A stretch of DNA of 64,000 bases from Candidatus Staskawiczbacteria bacterium (GCA_023245155.1 JAHFKV010000001.1:203034-267033); one strand, 5' to 3'. Numbered from the stretch's first letter, positions 8,639-18,582 are shown. Numbers and translations are program-made. Notes: a model not told the origin generated them from the sequence alone.

Positions 8639-10369
8639 ATGAGCGCGAAAAACCAAGAAATCGCCAAAATTTTTAATGAGATTGCGCGTTTTTTGCGTAT
8701 AGAAAACGTACCTTTCAAACCCTATGCTTATGAAAAGGGAGCTGCGTATTTGGAAGCTATGCCAGAAGATGTAAAAGAGATTTATTTAAAGGGTGGCAGA
8801 AAAGCTTTAGAAGAGTTACCTGGGATTGGCAAAGCTATGTCTGAGCATATTGAGGAGTTTGTCAAAACCGGCAAAATCAAGTTTTATCAAGAAATGAAAA
8901 AGAAGCTGCCAGTGGACATGGATGCGCTTTTACGAGTAGAGGGTATGGGGCCAAAAAAGGCCAAAGTATTGTATGAAAAGCTAGAGGTTAAGAATTTGAA
9001 AGATTTAGAAAGAGCAGCTAAGGCAGGGAAGATCGCGCCATTATTTGGCTTTGGCGAGACGACAGAGAAAAATATTTTGCAGGGACTGGAGTTTCTGAAA
9101 ATGAGTAAAGGGCGGGTGTTGCTCCATGAAATTTTGCCGGTGGCGCGGGAAGTTTTAGAGAAATTACGTGCTTTAAAGGATGTTAGGCGCGCGGAAATTG
9201 GCGGTTCGTTGCGTCGTAGAAAAGAAACTATTGGTGATGTGGATTTTTTGGTAGTCAGCAAGAATGCCAAGAAAGTTACGGATTTTTTTGTGAAACTTCC
9301 AGGTGTGCAAAAAGTGTGGGGTCAGGGGAGCACTAAAGCTTCCGTTCATTTGAAAGACGGCTATGATATGGATTTGCGCGTGGTGCCGGAAAAAAGTTAT
9401 GGTTCGGCTCTGCAATATTTCACAGGTAGTCAAGACCACAATATTGCCACTCGTAAAATTGCTATTGAGAAAGGACTTAAATTAAGCGAATGGGGAATTT
9501 TTCGGGGCGCCAAGCAACTTCCTAGTAGAACCGAGGAAGAGGTGTATGATGCTTTGGGAATGGCTTGGGTACCACCAGAAATGCGAGAAAATACGGGTGA
9601 AATTGAATTGGCTCTGGATGGGAAATTGCCCAAGTTGGTTGAATTAAAAGATATTAAAGGGGATTTACACGTGCATTCTGGTTTTACTGATGACACCAAA
9701 GATTCTATTGAGGTACTGGCTAAAAAGGCTATGGAAATGGGGTATGAATATATTGGTATTTCAGACCACACGAATGATTTAAACGTGGAAAAAAGTTTGA
9801 ATGAAAAAGAGTTGCTTAAGGAAAATGAATATATTAAAAAGTTAAACGCGAAATTTTTGGCGCGCGGCAAAAAAATTCGCGTCCTGCATGGCTGTGAAGC
9901 GAATATCCGGCGCGATGGGTCAATTGATGTTAGGGACGAAGTGCTGGAAAAATTAGATTATGTGATTGCGGGCGTGCATTCACTTTTGAAAATGGAGAAA
10001 AAAGAAATGACGGCGCGGATTATCAAAGCCATGAAAAATCCGAATGTAGATATTATTGCTCACCCTACGGGCAGAATTGTCGGCCAGCGAGATGAGTACC
10101 AGCATGATTTTGATGCCATGCTAAAAGCCGCCAAAGAAACAGGAACCATTTTGGAAATTAATTCATCTAGCCGCTTAGATTTACGCGATTTGTATATCAG
10201 GCGCGCCAAAAATTCAGAAGTAAAGATGATTATCAATACCGATGCGCATGCAAAAGAGCAGATGTTGCAAATGGAGTATGGTGTGGCACAGGCAAGGCGA
10301 GGATGGGTGGAAAAAGGTGATATCATCAACACGTTGTCGGTTGAAGAATTATTAAAAAGTTTAAAATAA
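8639..10369 (+). CDS. polX: DNA polymerase X / PHP domain 3'-5' exonuclease
   Basis: GSLRR..ETIGDVD, YFTGS, GDLHVHS, ISDH, AHP, NTDAH. Confidence 0.95.
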   Translation: MSAKNQEIAKIFNEIARFLRIENVPFKPYAYEKGAAYLEAMPEDVKEIYLKGGRKALEELPGIGKAMSEHIEEFVKTGKIKFYQEMKKKLPVDMDALLRVEGMGPKKAKVLYEKLEVKNLKDLERAAKAGKIAPLFGFGETTEKNILQGLEFLKMSKGRVLLHEILPVAREVLEKLRALKDVRRAEIGGSLRRRKETIGDVDFLVVSKNAKKVTDFFVKLPGVQKVWGQGSTKASVHLKDGYDMDLRVVPEKSYGSALQYFTGSQDHNIATRKIAIEKGLKLSEWGIFRGAKQLPSRTEEEVYDALGMAWVPPEMRENTGEIELALDGKLPKLVELKDIKGDLHVHSGFTDDTKDSIEVLAKKAMEMGYEYIGISDHTNDLNVEKSLNEKELLKENEYIKKLNAKFLARGKKIRVLHGCEANIRRDGSIDVRDEVLEKLDYVIAGVHSLLKMEKKEMTARIIKAMKNPNVDIIAHPTGRIVGQRDEYQHDFDAMLKAAKETGTILEINSSSRLDLRDLYIRRAKNSEVKMIINTDAHAKEQMLQMEYGVAQARRGWVEKGDIINTLSVEELLKSLK

Positions 10370-10370
10370 T

Positions 10371-10886
10371 ATGAAAGTAATTTTATATATGGGCATAACG
10401 CCCAATGGGTACATTGCCAAGCCAGATGGCGATTCAGAGTGGACTTCAGAGGAAGATTTGAAGGGTTTTTATGAACAAAGCAAGAAGGCTGGGAATATTA
10501 TCATGGGGAAAAATACATTCAACTATGTGGTTAAACAGGAAATGTTCCCGTTCCCAGATGCGTTGAATGTGGTGGTTTCTCATGAGGCTATAGAAAATAC
10601 GTGGGGCGAAAAAGTTTTGATACTTAATAAGTCTCCCAAAGAGGTGCTTGTTGTATTAAAAGAAAAAGGTTTTCAATCAGCTTTCTTAGCAGGAGGCGGA
10701 CAGTTAAATGCTTCGTTTATGAAAGAGGGCTTGGTAGATGAAATGTATTTGGATGTTGAGCCATTGATATTTGGTCAGGGGATAAAATTATTCGCAGATA
10801 ATGATTTTGAATTAGAGTTGGAATTACTAGATGTTAAAAAAATGAATAGCAACACGGTCCAGTTGCATTATAAAGTGTTAAAGTAA
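10371..10886 (+). CDS. Dihydrofolate reductase / RibD C-terminal family protein
   Basis: NGYIA..DG, IMGKNTF, GGGQL, GLVDE, PLIFGQG. Confidence 0.85.
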   Translation: MKVILYMGITPNGYIAKPDGDSEWTSEEDLKGFYEQSKKAGNIIMGKNTFNYVVKQEMFPFPDALNVVVSHEAIENTWGEKVLILNKSPKEVLVVLKEKGFQSAFLAGGGQLNASFMKEGLVDEMYLDVEPLIFGQGIKLFADNDFELELELLDVKKMNSNTVQLHYKVLK

Positions 10887-10887
10887 T

Positions 10888-11340
10888 ATGCCACAGGAAA
10901 AGTCTGCTGGAGCTATCATTTATAAACTAAAAGATAATAAGCCATATTATTTGCTTTTGCATTACCTGGGTGGGCATTGGGAGTTTGCGCGCGGGCATGG
11001 CGAAGAGGGGGAAAACGAACAGCAAGTGGCTCGGCGAGAAATTGAAGAAGAGACAGGGTTAAAAGATTTACAATTTGTGCCAGGGTTTAAGGGCTACACT
11101 AAATTTGTGTTTAAGCGTACGTGGGATTTACCGCCGGAAGAAAAAAAGAAAGCACCTTGGACGATGAAAATTGTGACATTGTATTTAGCAGAAACAAAAA
11201 CGGATGCAGTGAAAATTTCCAGCGAGCATAAGGGGTTTGGGTGGTTTACGTTTGAAGATGCTATTAAAAAATTACCAAAAGATGCCAAAAAAGTATTCAC
11301 ACAAGCTAATGACTTCATCATTTCAAGAAAAAGTATATAG
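10888..11340 (+). CDS. Nudix hydrolase (Ap4A hydrolase-like)
   Basis: Nudix box GHGEEGENEQQVARREIEEETG; EKSAG, SSEH. Confidence 0.9.
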   Translation: MPQEKSAGAIIYKLKDNKPYYLLLHYLGGHWEFARGHGEEGENEQQVARREIEEETGLKDLQFVPGFKGYTKFVFKRTWDLPPEEKKKAPWTMKIVTLYLAETKTDAVKISSEHKGFGWFTFEDAIKKLPKDAKKVFTQANDFIISRKSI

Positions 11341-11563
11341 TGTGGTGCGCAGGATTCCGCGCGGGAAGACTTTAACCTACAAGGAGGTCGCATTAAAAAT
11401 GGGCATGCCTAATGCGGCGCGTGCTGTCGGAAACACATTAAATAAAAATCGTAGCAAGGATGTGCCCTGCCATAGAGTTATTAGAAGTGATGGCAAAATA
11501 GGAGGATATTATTGGGGCGCAGCCGCTAAAATTGAAATCCTAAAAAAAGAAGGAACTATATGA
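11309..11563 (+). CDS. ogt: Methylated-DNA-protein-cysteine methyltransferase (C-terminal domain only)
   Basis: IPRGKTLTY, ARAVG, PCHRV active site; start moved to ATG at 11309. Confidence 0.85.
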   Translation: MTSSFQEKVYSVVRRIPRGKTLTYKEVALKMGMPNAARAVGNTLNKNRSKDVPCHRVIRSDGKIGGYYWGAAAKIEILKKEGTI

Positions 11564-11635
11564 TCTTTAGATAAGCTAAGCTCGTGTAAAGTTTTTTGGC
11601 GTGGTACTATGAACGAATAAAATTTATTTTTAAAA

Positions 11636-12832
11636 ATGGAACAACTAGAACAGAAAATTGGTAATAGTCTTGAAGGACCAAAATTTACTTTTACAGGTTT
11701 AACGTTAGGAATATCGTCGTTTATTATTTCAGTTATAGAATGGATTATTGCCATTTTTATTGCCAGTCTTCCTTTTGTTAATTCTGCTTTTTATAGTAAT
11801 GATCAGACACCAAGATTAGAATACTCCATAGTATTTTTTCTGGTAGTTAGCCTTTTCGGCGTTATAGCTATAGTTTTCAGTATTGTTAACGTTGTTAAAA
11901 ATAAAAGATATACATTGCAAGTAGTTCTAGGGTTTGTATTTGCGCTGCTTGGTATAATAATTACCCTTTTTTTTCTTGTCCCTTCTGTAAAAAGCTATCA
12001 TATTTCTGTTCATCACTACTATGTTTCTCTTACACCAACTATTGGTGAGTCAAATAGTAATATTGATATTACATATCGATATAAAACAGGTGACTCAATC
12101 TACATTAAATGGAGTCCAGAAACCGAGTCGTTAATAAATGCTGGGACGGCTAGTATTTATCTTGATTATCAAAACAGATTAATAGCAAAGGATATCCCGG
12201 TTTCTATAAGAACATACGTTTGGAAAATAGACAGAGATCTCCCTACGGGTGAGTATAAAATTTTTGTCATTCATAAGCATGATGATGCATTATGGGAAGA
12301 AAACTATTTCTTTTTCAATGTTATTAATGAAAATCCTGCAGGAACTATATTGGGATGGAAAACTTATACAAATAAAGAATATGGTTACCAAATAAACTTA
12401 CCAGATACTTGGGTTGCGAGTACTTATGCATTCCCAATTCCCACAAAAACCGGAGACGGATCATATTGGTGGCCACCTAATGCCCAGAAAAAAGAAGAAA
12501 TGGTTTTTTGTCCTCCCGAACTCCAAGAAACAAAAAATGGTAATATTGTTTGTAACAATGGTAGCGATGTAGCCTCCCCATTTCCTCCTATTTATCTATT
12601 CAAGTGCAGCAAAGAAGGTTCTCTTCTAGAAACTTGCGATAAAGAATACATGAAAAATAATTATGGCGATAGTGTTAGCGATAGTATAAGTCTGGGAATA
12701 GATTTAGTGGGAAATTATTCTTATTATCTTATACATAATATCAAAAATGGTCCTCAGTATAGTACGACCCATCAACTGGAGTGGGACGATATATGGACGC
12801 AAATGATACCAAGTTTTAAGTTTATAAAGTAA
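11636..12832 (+). CDS. Low-GC membrane-anchored surface protein (3 TM + Ig-like + PsbP-like domain)
   Basis: N-terminal hydrophobic helices; WKTYTNKEYGYQINLPDTW motif typical of PsbP-like CPR proteins. Confidence 0.65.
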   Translation: MEQLEQKIGNSLEGPKFTFTGLTLGISSFIISVIEWIIAIFIASLPFVNSAFYSNDQTPRLEYSIVFFLVVSLFGVIAIVFSIVNVVKNKRYTLQVVLGFVFALLGIIITLFFLVPSVKSYHISVHHYYVSLTPTIGESNSNIDITYRYKTGDSIYIKWSPETESLINAGTASIYLDYQNRLIAKDIPVSIRTYVWKIDRDLPTGEYKIFVIHKHDDALWEENYFFFNVINENPAGTILGWKTYTNKEYGYQINLPDTWVASTYAFPIPTKTGDGSYWWPPNAQKKEEMVFCPPELQETKNGNIVCNNGSDVASPFPPIYLFKCSKEGSLLETCDKEYMKNNYGDSVSDSISLGIDLVGNYSYYLIHNIKNGPQYSTTHQLEWDDIWTQMIPSFKFIK

Positions 12833-12851
12833 TAAAAGTTAAGGCATAACT

Positions 12852-12877
12852 AAAAAACCGCCGAGGGGCGGTTTTTT
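12852..12877. terminator. Bidirectional intrinsic terminator between convergent genes
   Basis: AAAAAACCGCC-gagg-GGCGGTTTTTT. Confidence 0.85.
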
Positions 12878-12888
12878 ATTCTGCTTTC

Positions 12889-13272
12889 TTATTCTTTGGA
12901 TGTTACCCTAGTTGCCTTTGGCAAAGCTGATTTTGCCTCCTCCACAATCTTAGCAAATACTTCGGGATGCGATTGAATTAACTGAGCCAGCACTTTTCTA
13001 TCCAACTCAATGCCTTTTTTCTTTAATCCGTTGATGAAACGGCTGTAATTAATTCCCATTGGGCGAACAGCACCATTAATCTGCAATTGCCACAATTGCC
13101 TGAAATCCCGCTTTTTTACTTTCCGGTCTCGGTAAGAATACGTCCAGGCATGGCGCAAGGCATCTTTAGCTAACTTATATTTTGATTTTCGGCCATACTT
13201 AAAACCTTTGGCATGAGCCAGTAAATGTTTGCGATGCTTGTGGGCCGATGCTCCTTTTTTAACTCTTGTCAT
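12889..13272 (-). CDS. rplT: 50S ribosomal protein L20
   Basis: MTRVKKG...YRDRKVKKRDFRQLW..INGA...YSRFI..L...IELDRKVLA. Confidence 0.97.
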   Translation of the reverse strand: MTRVKKGASAHKHRKHLLAHAKGFKYGRKSKYKLAKDALRHAWTYSYRDRKVKKRDFRQLWQLQINGAVRPMGINYSRFINGLKKKGIELDRKVLAQLIQSHPEVFAKIVEEAKSALPKATRVTSKE

Positions 13273-13336
13273 GTGAATTTTGAACGAAGTGAAAAGTTCG
13301 CAATAGTTGCGACACCTTATTCGTTAATTATTGAAG

Positions 13337-13525
13337 TTAGCTTTGTAAATATCTCCTCACCCGTTTTGTTTCAGATTTTGAGAGTGTAATCCATTTGCGT
13401 CCTTTCCGGCGGTCTTGGCCAGTTTTCTTTGACCGATAATGGTTTTGCCCGGTAGCGCGCCTTAAAATCTTGCCATTTTTCGTGACTTTAAACCGTTTAA
13501 TTATCGCCTTTTTTGTCTTATTCAT
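13337..13525 (-). CDS. rpmI: 50S ribosomal protein L35
   Basis: KTKKAIIKRFKVTKNGK; infC-rpmI-rplT order. Confidence 0.92.
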   Translation of the reverse strand: MNKTKKAIIKRFKVTKNGKILRRATGQNHYRSKKTGQDRRKGRKWITLSKSETKRVRRYLQS

Positions 13526-14031
13526 TTTTTTGAAATAATCATACTAAACCCCTTTGGTTCCCGCTTTAATTCCCGCTCTATTTTTGTTTCCAGTAAGCTA
13601 TTCAGCTTTTCCGCAAACAAATCCATTTTCTTTTTGGCAAAGTCTCCCATGGCCTTTTCCCGTCCTCGCAAATACATGGCTACCCGCACTTTATCACCTT
13701 CTTCCATGAATTTCTTAGCTTGCCCGGCTTTCACTTCAATGTCATGGGGGGAAGTGTTGAATCCTACTTGGATTTCCTTTAGCTTTGATTCTTTGGTGTT
13801 GGCCTTTATCTTACGCTCTTTTTTTTGCATCGCGTACAAGTGCTTGCCATAATTTCCAATCCGGCAAACGGGCGGTTCCACTTTTTCGGTTACTTGGATT
13901 AAATCCAAGCCCTTATTTTTGGCCAAATCAATGGCGGCAAAAATATTCATGATGCCAAGTTGCTCTCCGGTTTCACTGATAACCCGTACCTCTTTGGCCT
14001 TGATGAAATTGTTGATTAAAACTTTGTCCAA
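13522..14031 (-). CDS. infC: Translation initiation factor IF-3 (TTG start)
   Basis: IN..I...EVRVI...GEQLG, PPVCRI, KLKEI, GDKVRV..LRGRE. Confidence 0.95.
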   Translation of the reverse strand: MDKVLINNFIKAKEVRVISETGEQLGIMNIFAAIDLAKNKGLDLIQVTEKVEPPVCRIGNYGKHLYAMQKKERKIKANTKESKLKEIQVGFNTSPHDIEVKAGQAKKFMEEGDKVRVAMYLRGREKAMGDFAKKKMDLFAEKLNSLLETKIERELKREPKGFSMIISKK

Positions 14032-14039
14032 TTTTTTTG

Positions 14040-14393
14040 TGGAGATGCCGGCGATGAAGCCGGGTCCAGAAGTTGTTTTAAAATAATTCTACAAATGTAT
14101 CCTGTTTTTTTGTTCGGACGGCAAATAAGGAACAGGAAAAATTTTTGCCATCGTAATCCCTTTAAGGTTCGATTATTCCCAAGGGAAGAGAATAATCTAT
14201 CCTGATAATATAACACCGCTAGCTACCTATCAGGAGTGGATAGTAGCGATGCCAGTTAAGCGAAAGCTAAAACTGGTTGCTGCTTATTAAAGCTAAATAA
14301 GTTTGCAATTATGGTTTTCTAGAAGTTTTACCAGGTTCTAGAATACTGGATTTGCTTATTTTAAAAGGAAAATCTGTCGAAACAGTCATCCCC
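14040..14393 (-). ncRNA. ssrA: tmRNA, one-piece; tag ORF 14306-14256 encodes ANLFSFNKQQPVLAFA*
   Basis: 5' GGGGAUG pairs with 3' CAUCUCC-A with G3:U70; TTCGAC after 5' end; GCA resume codon; directly downstream of smpB. Confidence 0.92.
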
Positions 14394-14403
14394 TTAAATC
14401 ACG

Positions 14404-14847
14404 CTATGAATTCAGTTGCCGGCGAGTGTCACGTTCGACATCTCGTTTCTTTATCTTCTCTTTCTTGTCAAATTTTTTCTTTCCTTTTGCCAGGCCAAAT
14501 TCGAGCTTTATCCTACCATTATTATCGTACACTTTCAAGGGGATTAAGGAAAAACCGCGTTCATTGACCTTGCCTTGCAAATAATCCAGCTCTTTTTTGT
14601 TGAGCAGTAGCTTGCGGGTTTGTTCTGGGTTATAGCTCTGCGGAGCGTTTAATGGCTGGTAGGCGGGAATTTTGGCGCCAATCAATTGAGGTTGTCCGTC
14701 TTTAATTATTACGTAAGAACTTGCCAAATTAATCTGTCCGCCGCGAATGCTTTTTACCTCTTGGCCAATCAAAACCAACCCGGCTTCATATTTTTCCAGG
14801 ATTTCGTAGTCAAACGTGGCTTTTTTGTTTTCACTGTATATTTTCAT
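14404..14847 (-). CDS. smpB: SsrA-binding protein
   Basis: NKKATFDY..EAGLVLIGQEVKSIR, RKLLL, GKKKFDKKEKIK. Confidence 0.97.
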   Translation of the reverse strand: MKIYSENKKATFDYEILEKYEAGLVLIGQEVKSIRGGQINLASSYVIIKDGQPQLIGAKIPAYQPLNAPQSYNPEQTRKLLLNKKELDYLQGKVNERGFSLIPLKVYDNNGRIKLEFGLAKGKKKFDKKEKIKKRDVERDTRRQLNS

Positions 14848-14956
14848 TAGATAATACTACATTTATTTTTTTCCTAAGTAAATGATTGATTATTCTATAT
14901 AAACATGTATATTTAAATAAAATTTCATTAAGCTGTTCTTTCGGAGGGATCATCTC

Positions 14957-15277
14957 GTGTTTCGAATCATGATTGTCAAAGTTCCGCGTGGCGAGGCAGA
15001 CGAAAAAATTCGCAAAGCCTGGCTTTGGATGACACTTCCTTGCACTGGCACCACTTCTTCGGCTTCCGGTGCATTGTCGGGAAAACCAGTTGACCATGGA
15101 GTTCTGGGCTACAAAGTTCCGCAAGTTGCTGCCCTTGAGCTGCTAGCGGAACAGGATTCGGCAGCAGCTCTGTGGTGGAACCAGCATGGCTACCCAAAAC
15201 CTGGGCATGTGTTTGTCTTCTATGAGAACGAGGTTATTGTCTTGGGATCGGATACGGCACATGAATCATGGGGATAG
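14957..15277 (+). CDS. Hypothetical protein (SD-led, GC-richer cassette)
   Basis: GGAGG SD before GTG; PRGEA..IRKAW...AALWW motif; own terminator. Confidence 0.7.
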   Translation: MFRIMIVKVPRGEADEKIRKAWLWMTLPCTGTTSSASGALSGKPVDHGVLGYKVPQVAALELLAEQDSAAALWWNQHGYPKPGHVFVFYENEVIVLGSDTAHESWG

Positions 15278-15303
15278 CATAGATAATGGTCGCACGACCG
15301 AGC

Positions 15304-15338
15304 AAAAGGTCGCACGTCTTCGGATGTGCGACTTTTTT
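15304..15338 (+). terminator. Intrinsic terminator with cUUCGg tetraloop
   Basis: AGGTCGCACGTC-ttcg-GATGTGCGACTT + T tract. Confidence 0.85.
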
Positions 15339-15385
15339 ATTTTAAACCTTTAAATTTGGGCTGTTTTGTGATAAAATTTCCCAAT

Positions 15386-16063
15386 ATGCCAAAAGAGAAC
15401 ATAATAATTTCTTTGGGTGGGTCATTGGTGGCGCCAGGGGAAATTGACGTCGCGTTTTTGAGGGTTTTCAAGAAAGCTATTTTAAAGAATACTACCAGCC
15501 AACGGTTTTTTATCTTTGTGGGCGGTGGGAAAATTTGCCGGAACTATCAACATGCTTTGCTGGAATTTGGGGCGGATATCAATGAGAGGGATGTAATGGG
15601 TGTTGATGTTTCAAGATTGAATGCGCGAGTGGTACAGCAACTGTTTGGAGAAGCGGCACATTCGCAAATTATTACCAATCCAACTAAAAAAATTTCTACG
15701 AACAAATATATTATAGTAGCTGCTGGTTGGAAGCCTGGCTGGTCAACGGATTATTGCGCGGTAACGTTGGCCAAAAACATGGGCATTAAAACGATTGTGA
15801 ACCTGACCAACATTGATTATGTGTATGATAAGGATCCGAAAAAGTATCCCAAGGCACAAGCTTTTAAAGAAATTCCCTGGAAAGAGTTTCGAAAGATTGT
15901 GGGAAATAAATGGAGTCCGGGCTTAAGTATGCCCTTTGACCCGCGCGCTTCCCGCCAAGCAGAAGTATTAAAAATAAAAGTAGCCGTCATAAATGGTAAA
16001 AAATTAGATCGCCTGGAGAATTTTTTAAGTAACAAAGCCTTTGTGGGCACAACTATTGTATGA
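15386..16063 (+). CDS. pyrH: UMP kinase (archaeal-type)
   Basis: ISLGGS, VGGG, PGWSTD, TNIDYVYDKDP, PFDP; start moved to ATG at 15386. Confidence 0.9.
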   Translation: MPKENIIISLGGSLVAPGEIDVAFLRVFKKAILKNTTSQRFFIFVGGGKICRNYQHALLEFGADINERDVMGVDVSRLNARVVQQLFGEAAHSQIITNPTKKISTNKYIIVAAGWKPGWSTDYCAVTLAKNMGIKTIVNLTNIDYVYDKDPKKYPKAQAFKEIPWKEFRKIVGNKWSPGLSMPFDPRASRQAEVLKIKVAVINGKKLDRLENFLSNKAFVGTTIV

Positions 16064-16947
16064 ACAAAAAAATAACATTGTTGGTGCTTATGGTTCTGAT
16101 TGTTTTAGCAGGAGCTTTATTGTTTTTTTATAAAAATAATATTGCTACCCAGAAATCAGGTGCGCAAAATGAGCCGCAGAACCAACCGGCGGCGTTTTCT
16201 GTGTTGGATGAAAAAGATTATACCGCTTTAACCGGTATGGAAACGTATGAGGTGAAATCTGCAGAATTTAAGGTATATGCCCCTAAAAATACTCTAACTG
16301 CACCAGGATATTTTGAAGTGTACCAAAGTGGCACCAAAGTGTTTGCCAGCGATCCTGATTACTTAATAAGCGGCTTATTATCGTTTGTATTTGGTGATAC
16401 CACCTATGTGGTGGTAAAAGATTATTCAGGTGGCGCCCATTGCTGTGATACCGATTATCTTTTCAGGGTTAACCCCGCCGGCCAGGTGAAACTGATTAAA
16501 ACGTTTGATATAGGCAATGTTACCATCTCAAAAGACAGTTTGCTGTTGAAAAATAACAAACTTTATCTTGTGCTGATTGACGACCGGTTCCAATATTTCC
16601 ACACAGCTTATGTTGACTCATATTTTTTCAATCAATACCTCAGATTAGATGGCGATGCAGTTTATGCGGCCAACCAAGATTTTGCCGAAATAATTGCCAA
16701 AACTGCCCAGGATTGCCGCGCTAAGATTGCTCATGACGCCAGCGATGCTTGGTTGAATGATTTTCTGTGTTATGCTGCCAATTACACCTTAATTGGCAAA
16801 CAAAACACAGCCTTAGAAGACTTTAATGGATTTTTCAATCAGTTTTTTCCAAGCGGAAGCGGTAAAGATTCATTTGGCGAAACTATCCAGCGCGATACAT
16901 TGAAACAAGAAATTATCGAAACGTTACAACATGATCGATTTAATTAA
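16060..16947 (+). CDS. Membrane-anchored/secreted hypothetical protein
   Basis: N-terminal TM/signal, YSGGAHCC motif. Confidence 0.7.
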   Translation: MNKKITLLVLMVLIVLAGALLFFYKNNIATQKSGAQNEPQNQPAAFSVLDEKDYTALTGMETYEVKSAEFKVYAPKNTLTAPGYFEVYQSGTKVFASDPDYLISGLLSFVFGDTTYVVVKDYSGGAHCCDTDYLFRVNPAGQVKLIKTFDIGNVTISKDSLLLKNNKLYLVLIDDRFQYFHTAYVDSYFFNQYLRLDGDAVYAANQDFAEIIAKTAQDCRAKIAHDASDAWLNDFLCYAANYTLIGKQNTALEDFNGFFNQFFPSGSGKDSFGETIQRDTLKQEIIETLQHDRFN

Positions 16948-18565
16948 ACAATTGATTGAAAAAGCAGTTGGCACAGATGCGTCGTTTTCGGTTCAAGTGT
17001 CCGCTGATAAAATGCATGGGGATTATGCCACCAATGTGGCTTTGGCTTTGGCAAAAAAAATCGGGAAAAATCCGCGCGAGGTAGCGCAAGATATTGCCGC
17101 CAAAATTGGAAAAAAGAACTTTTTAGAAAAAATAGAAATCGCCGGCCCTGGTTTTATTAATTTTTACTTGTCGAAAGATTACTTTATTGACCAGTTAAAA
17201 AGCATTGATAAGCATTTTGGTTCCAGCGACCATGCCAAAAGATTTAAGGTGATAGTTGAGTATACTGACCCAAATCCCTTTAAGTTGTTTCATGTTGGCC
17301 ATTTGATGAACAACGCCATTGGCGAATCTATTTCAAGGATTATGGAAATGCACGGGGTGAATTTAAAACGCGCAAACTATCAGGGGGACGTGGGCATGCA
17401 TGTGGCCAAGGCCTTATATGGAAAGCTGAAAAACCCCTCGTATTCCTGGCAAGATGCCTATGTTTTTGGTTCAAAAGAGTATGATGAGCATGAACAGGCT
17501 AAAGCAGAGATGGCGCTGTTAAATAAGCAGATTTTTGAAAAGTCAAACAAAAAGGTAAATGCATTATACGCGCAAGGCAGGAAAGAAAGTTTGGCGGCAT
17601 TTGAAAAAATGTATAAAAAGTTGGGCACCAAGTTTGATTATTACTTCTTTGAAAGTGAGGTGGCCGATTTCGGCAAGAAAATCGTTTTAGAAGGGCTAAA
17701 AAAGGGTATTTTTGAAAAAGGTGAGAAGGGGGCAATTGTATTTAAGGGTGAGAAGGTGGCTTTGCATACCCGCGTATTTATTAATTCGGAAGGATTGCCA
17801 ACCTATGAAGCCAAAGAATTGGGATTGGCAAATGTTAAATACAAAAAGTTTAAATATGATCATTCGGTTATCGTTACCGCTAACGAAATTAACGAATATT
17901 TCAAGGTATTGTTAGCAGCTATGGAGCAGGTTTTTCCGGATTTGGCGAAAAAAACTAAGCATATTGGGCATGGGATCTTACGCTTGCCTGAAGGTAAAAT
18001 GTCCTCGCGCACAGGAAAGGTAGTAACCGCCGAATCGCTGATTGAAAAGGTGAAGGCCATAGTAACGCAAAAAGCAGCGGATAAAAAGTTAGATGAAAAA
18101 ACTATTGAAATGATTGCCATCGGCGCTATAAAATATTCTATTTTAAAGCAATCTATTGGTGGCGATATTATTTTTGACCTCGAAAAATCGGTTTCCTTTG
18201 ACGGAGATTCAGGTCCTTACCTGCAATATGCCTATGTGCGAGCAGTTTCTGTTTTAGCAAAAGCAAAGGCAGAAAAAGTTAAGGCTTCGTTTAAAAAACC
18301 GCCAGGGGAAATTGGGCAACTTGAAAAAATGATGGTACGTTTCCCGGAAGTTATAGAAAAAGCCGGCCAAGGATATGAGCCACACCTTATTGTAACCTAT
18401 CTTACTGAATTAGCCCGTGAATTTAATGCTTATTATGCCCACCATAAGATTGTTGATAAGGCTGATGAATTTTCACCATATAAAGTCGCAATAACGGAAG
18501 CTTTCTCAATAATCATGAAAAACGGATTATGGCTGCTTGGGATTCAGGCGCCCGAAAAAATGTAA
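16931..18565 (+). CDS. argS: Arginine--tRNA ligase
   Basis: GDYATN, GPGFIN, HVGH, KMSSRTG, GPYLQYA. Confidence 0.97.
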   Translation: MIDLIKQLIEKAVGTDASFSVQVSADKMHGDYATNVALALAKKIGKNPREVAQDIAAKIGKKNFLEKIEIAGPGFINFYLSKDYFIDQLKSIDKHFGSSDHAKRFKVIVEYTDPNPFKLFHVGHLMNNAIGESISRIMEMHGVNLKRANYQGDVGMHVAKALYGKLKNPSYSWQDAYVFGSKEYDEHEQAKAEMALLNKQIFEKSNKKVNALYAQGRKESLAAFEKMYKKLGTKFDYYFFESEVADFGKKIVLEGLKKGIFEKGEKGAIVFKGEKVALHTRVFINSEGLPTYEAKELGLANVKYKKFKYDHSVIVTANEINEYFKVLLAAMEQVFPDLAKKTKHIGHGILRLPEGKMSSRTGKVVTAESLIEKVKAIVTQKAADKKLDEKTIEMIAIGAIKYSILKQSIGGDIIFDLEKSVSFDGDSGPYLQYAYVRAVSVLAKAKAEKVKASFKKPPGEIGQLEKMMVRFPEVIEKAGQGYEPHLIVTYLTELAREFNAYYAHHKIVDKADEFSPYKVAITEAFSIIMKNGLWLLGIQAPEKM

Positions 18566-18582
18566 GGTATCGATACTCATTT

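Noticed and set aside
14016..14216. 66-aa minus-strand ORF
   Set aside because: Lies inside the tmRNA; no protein features.
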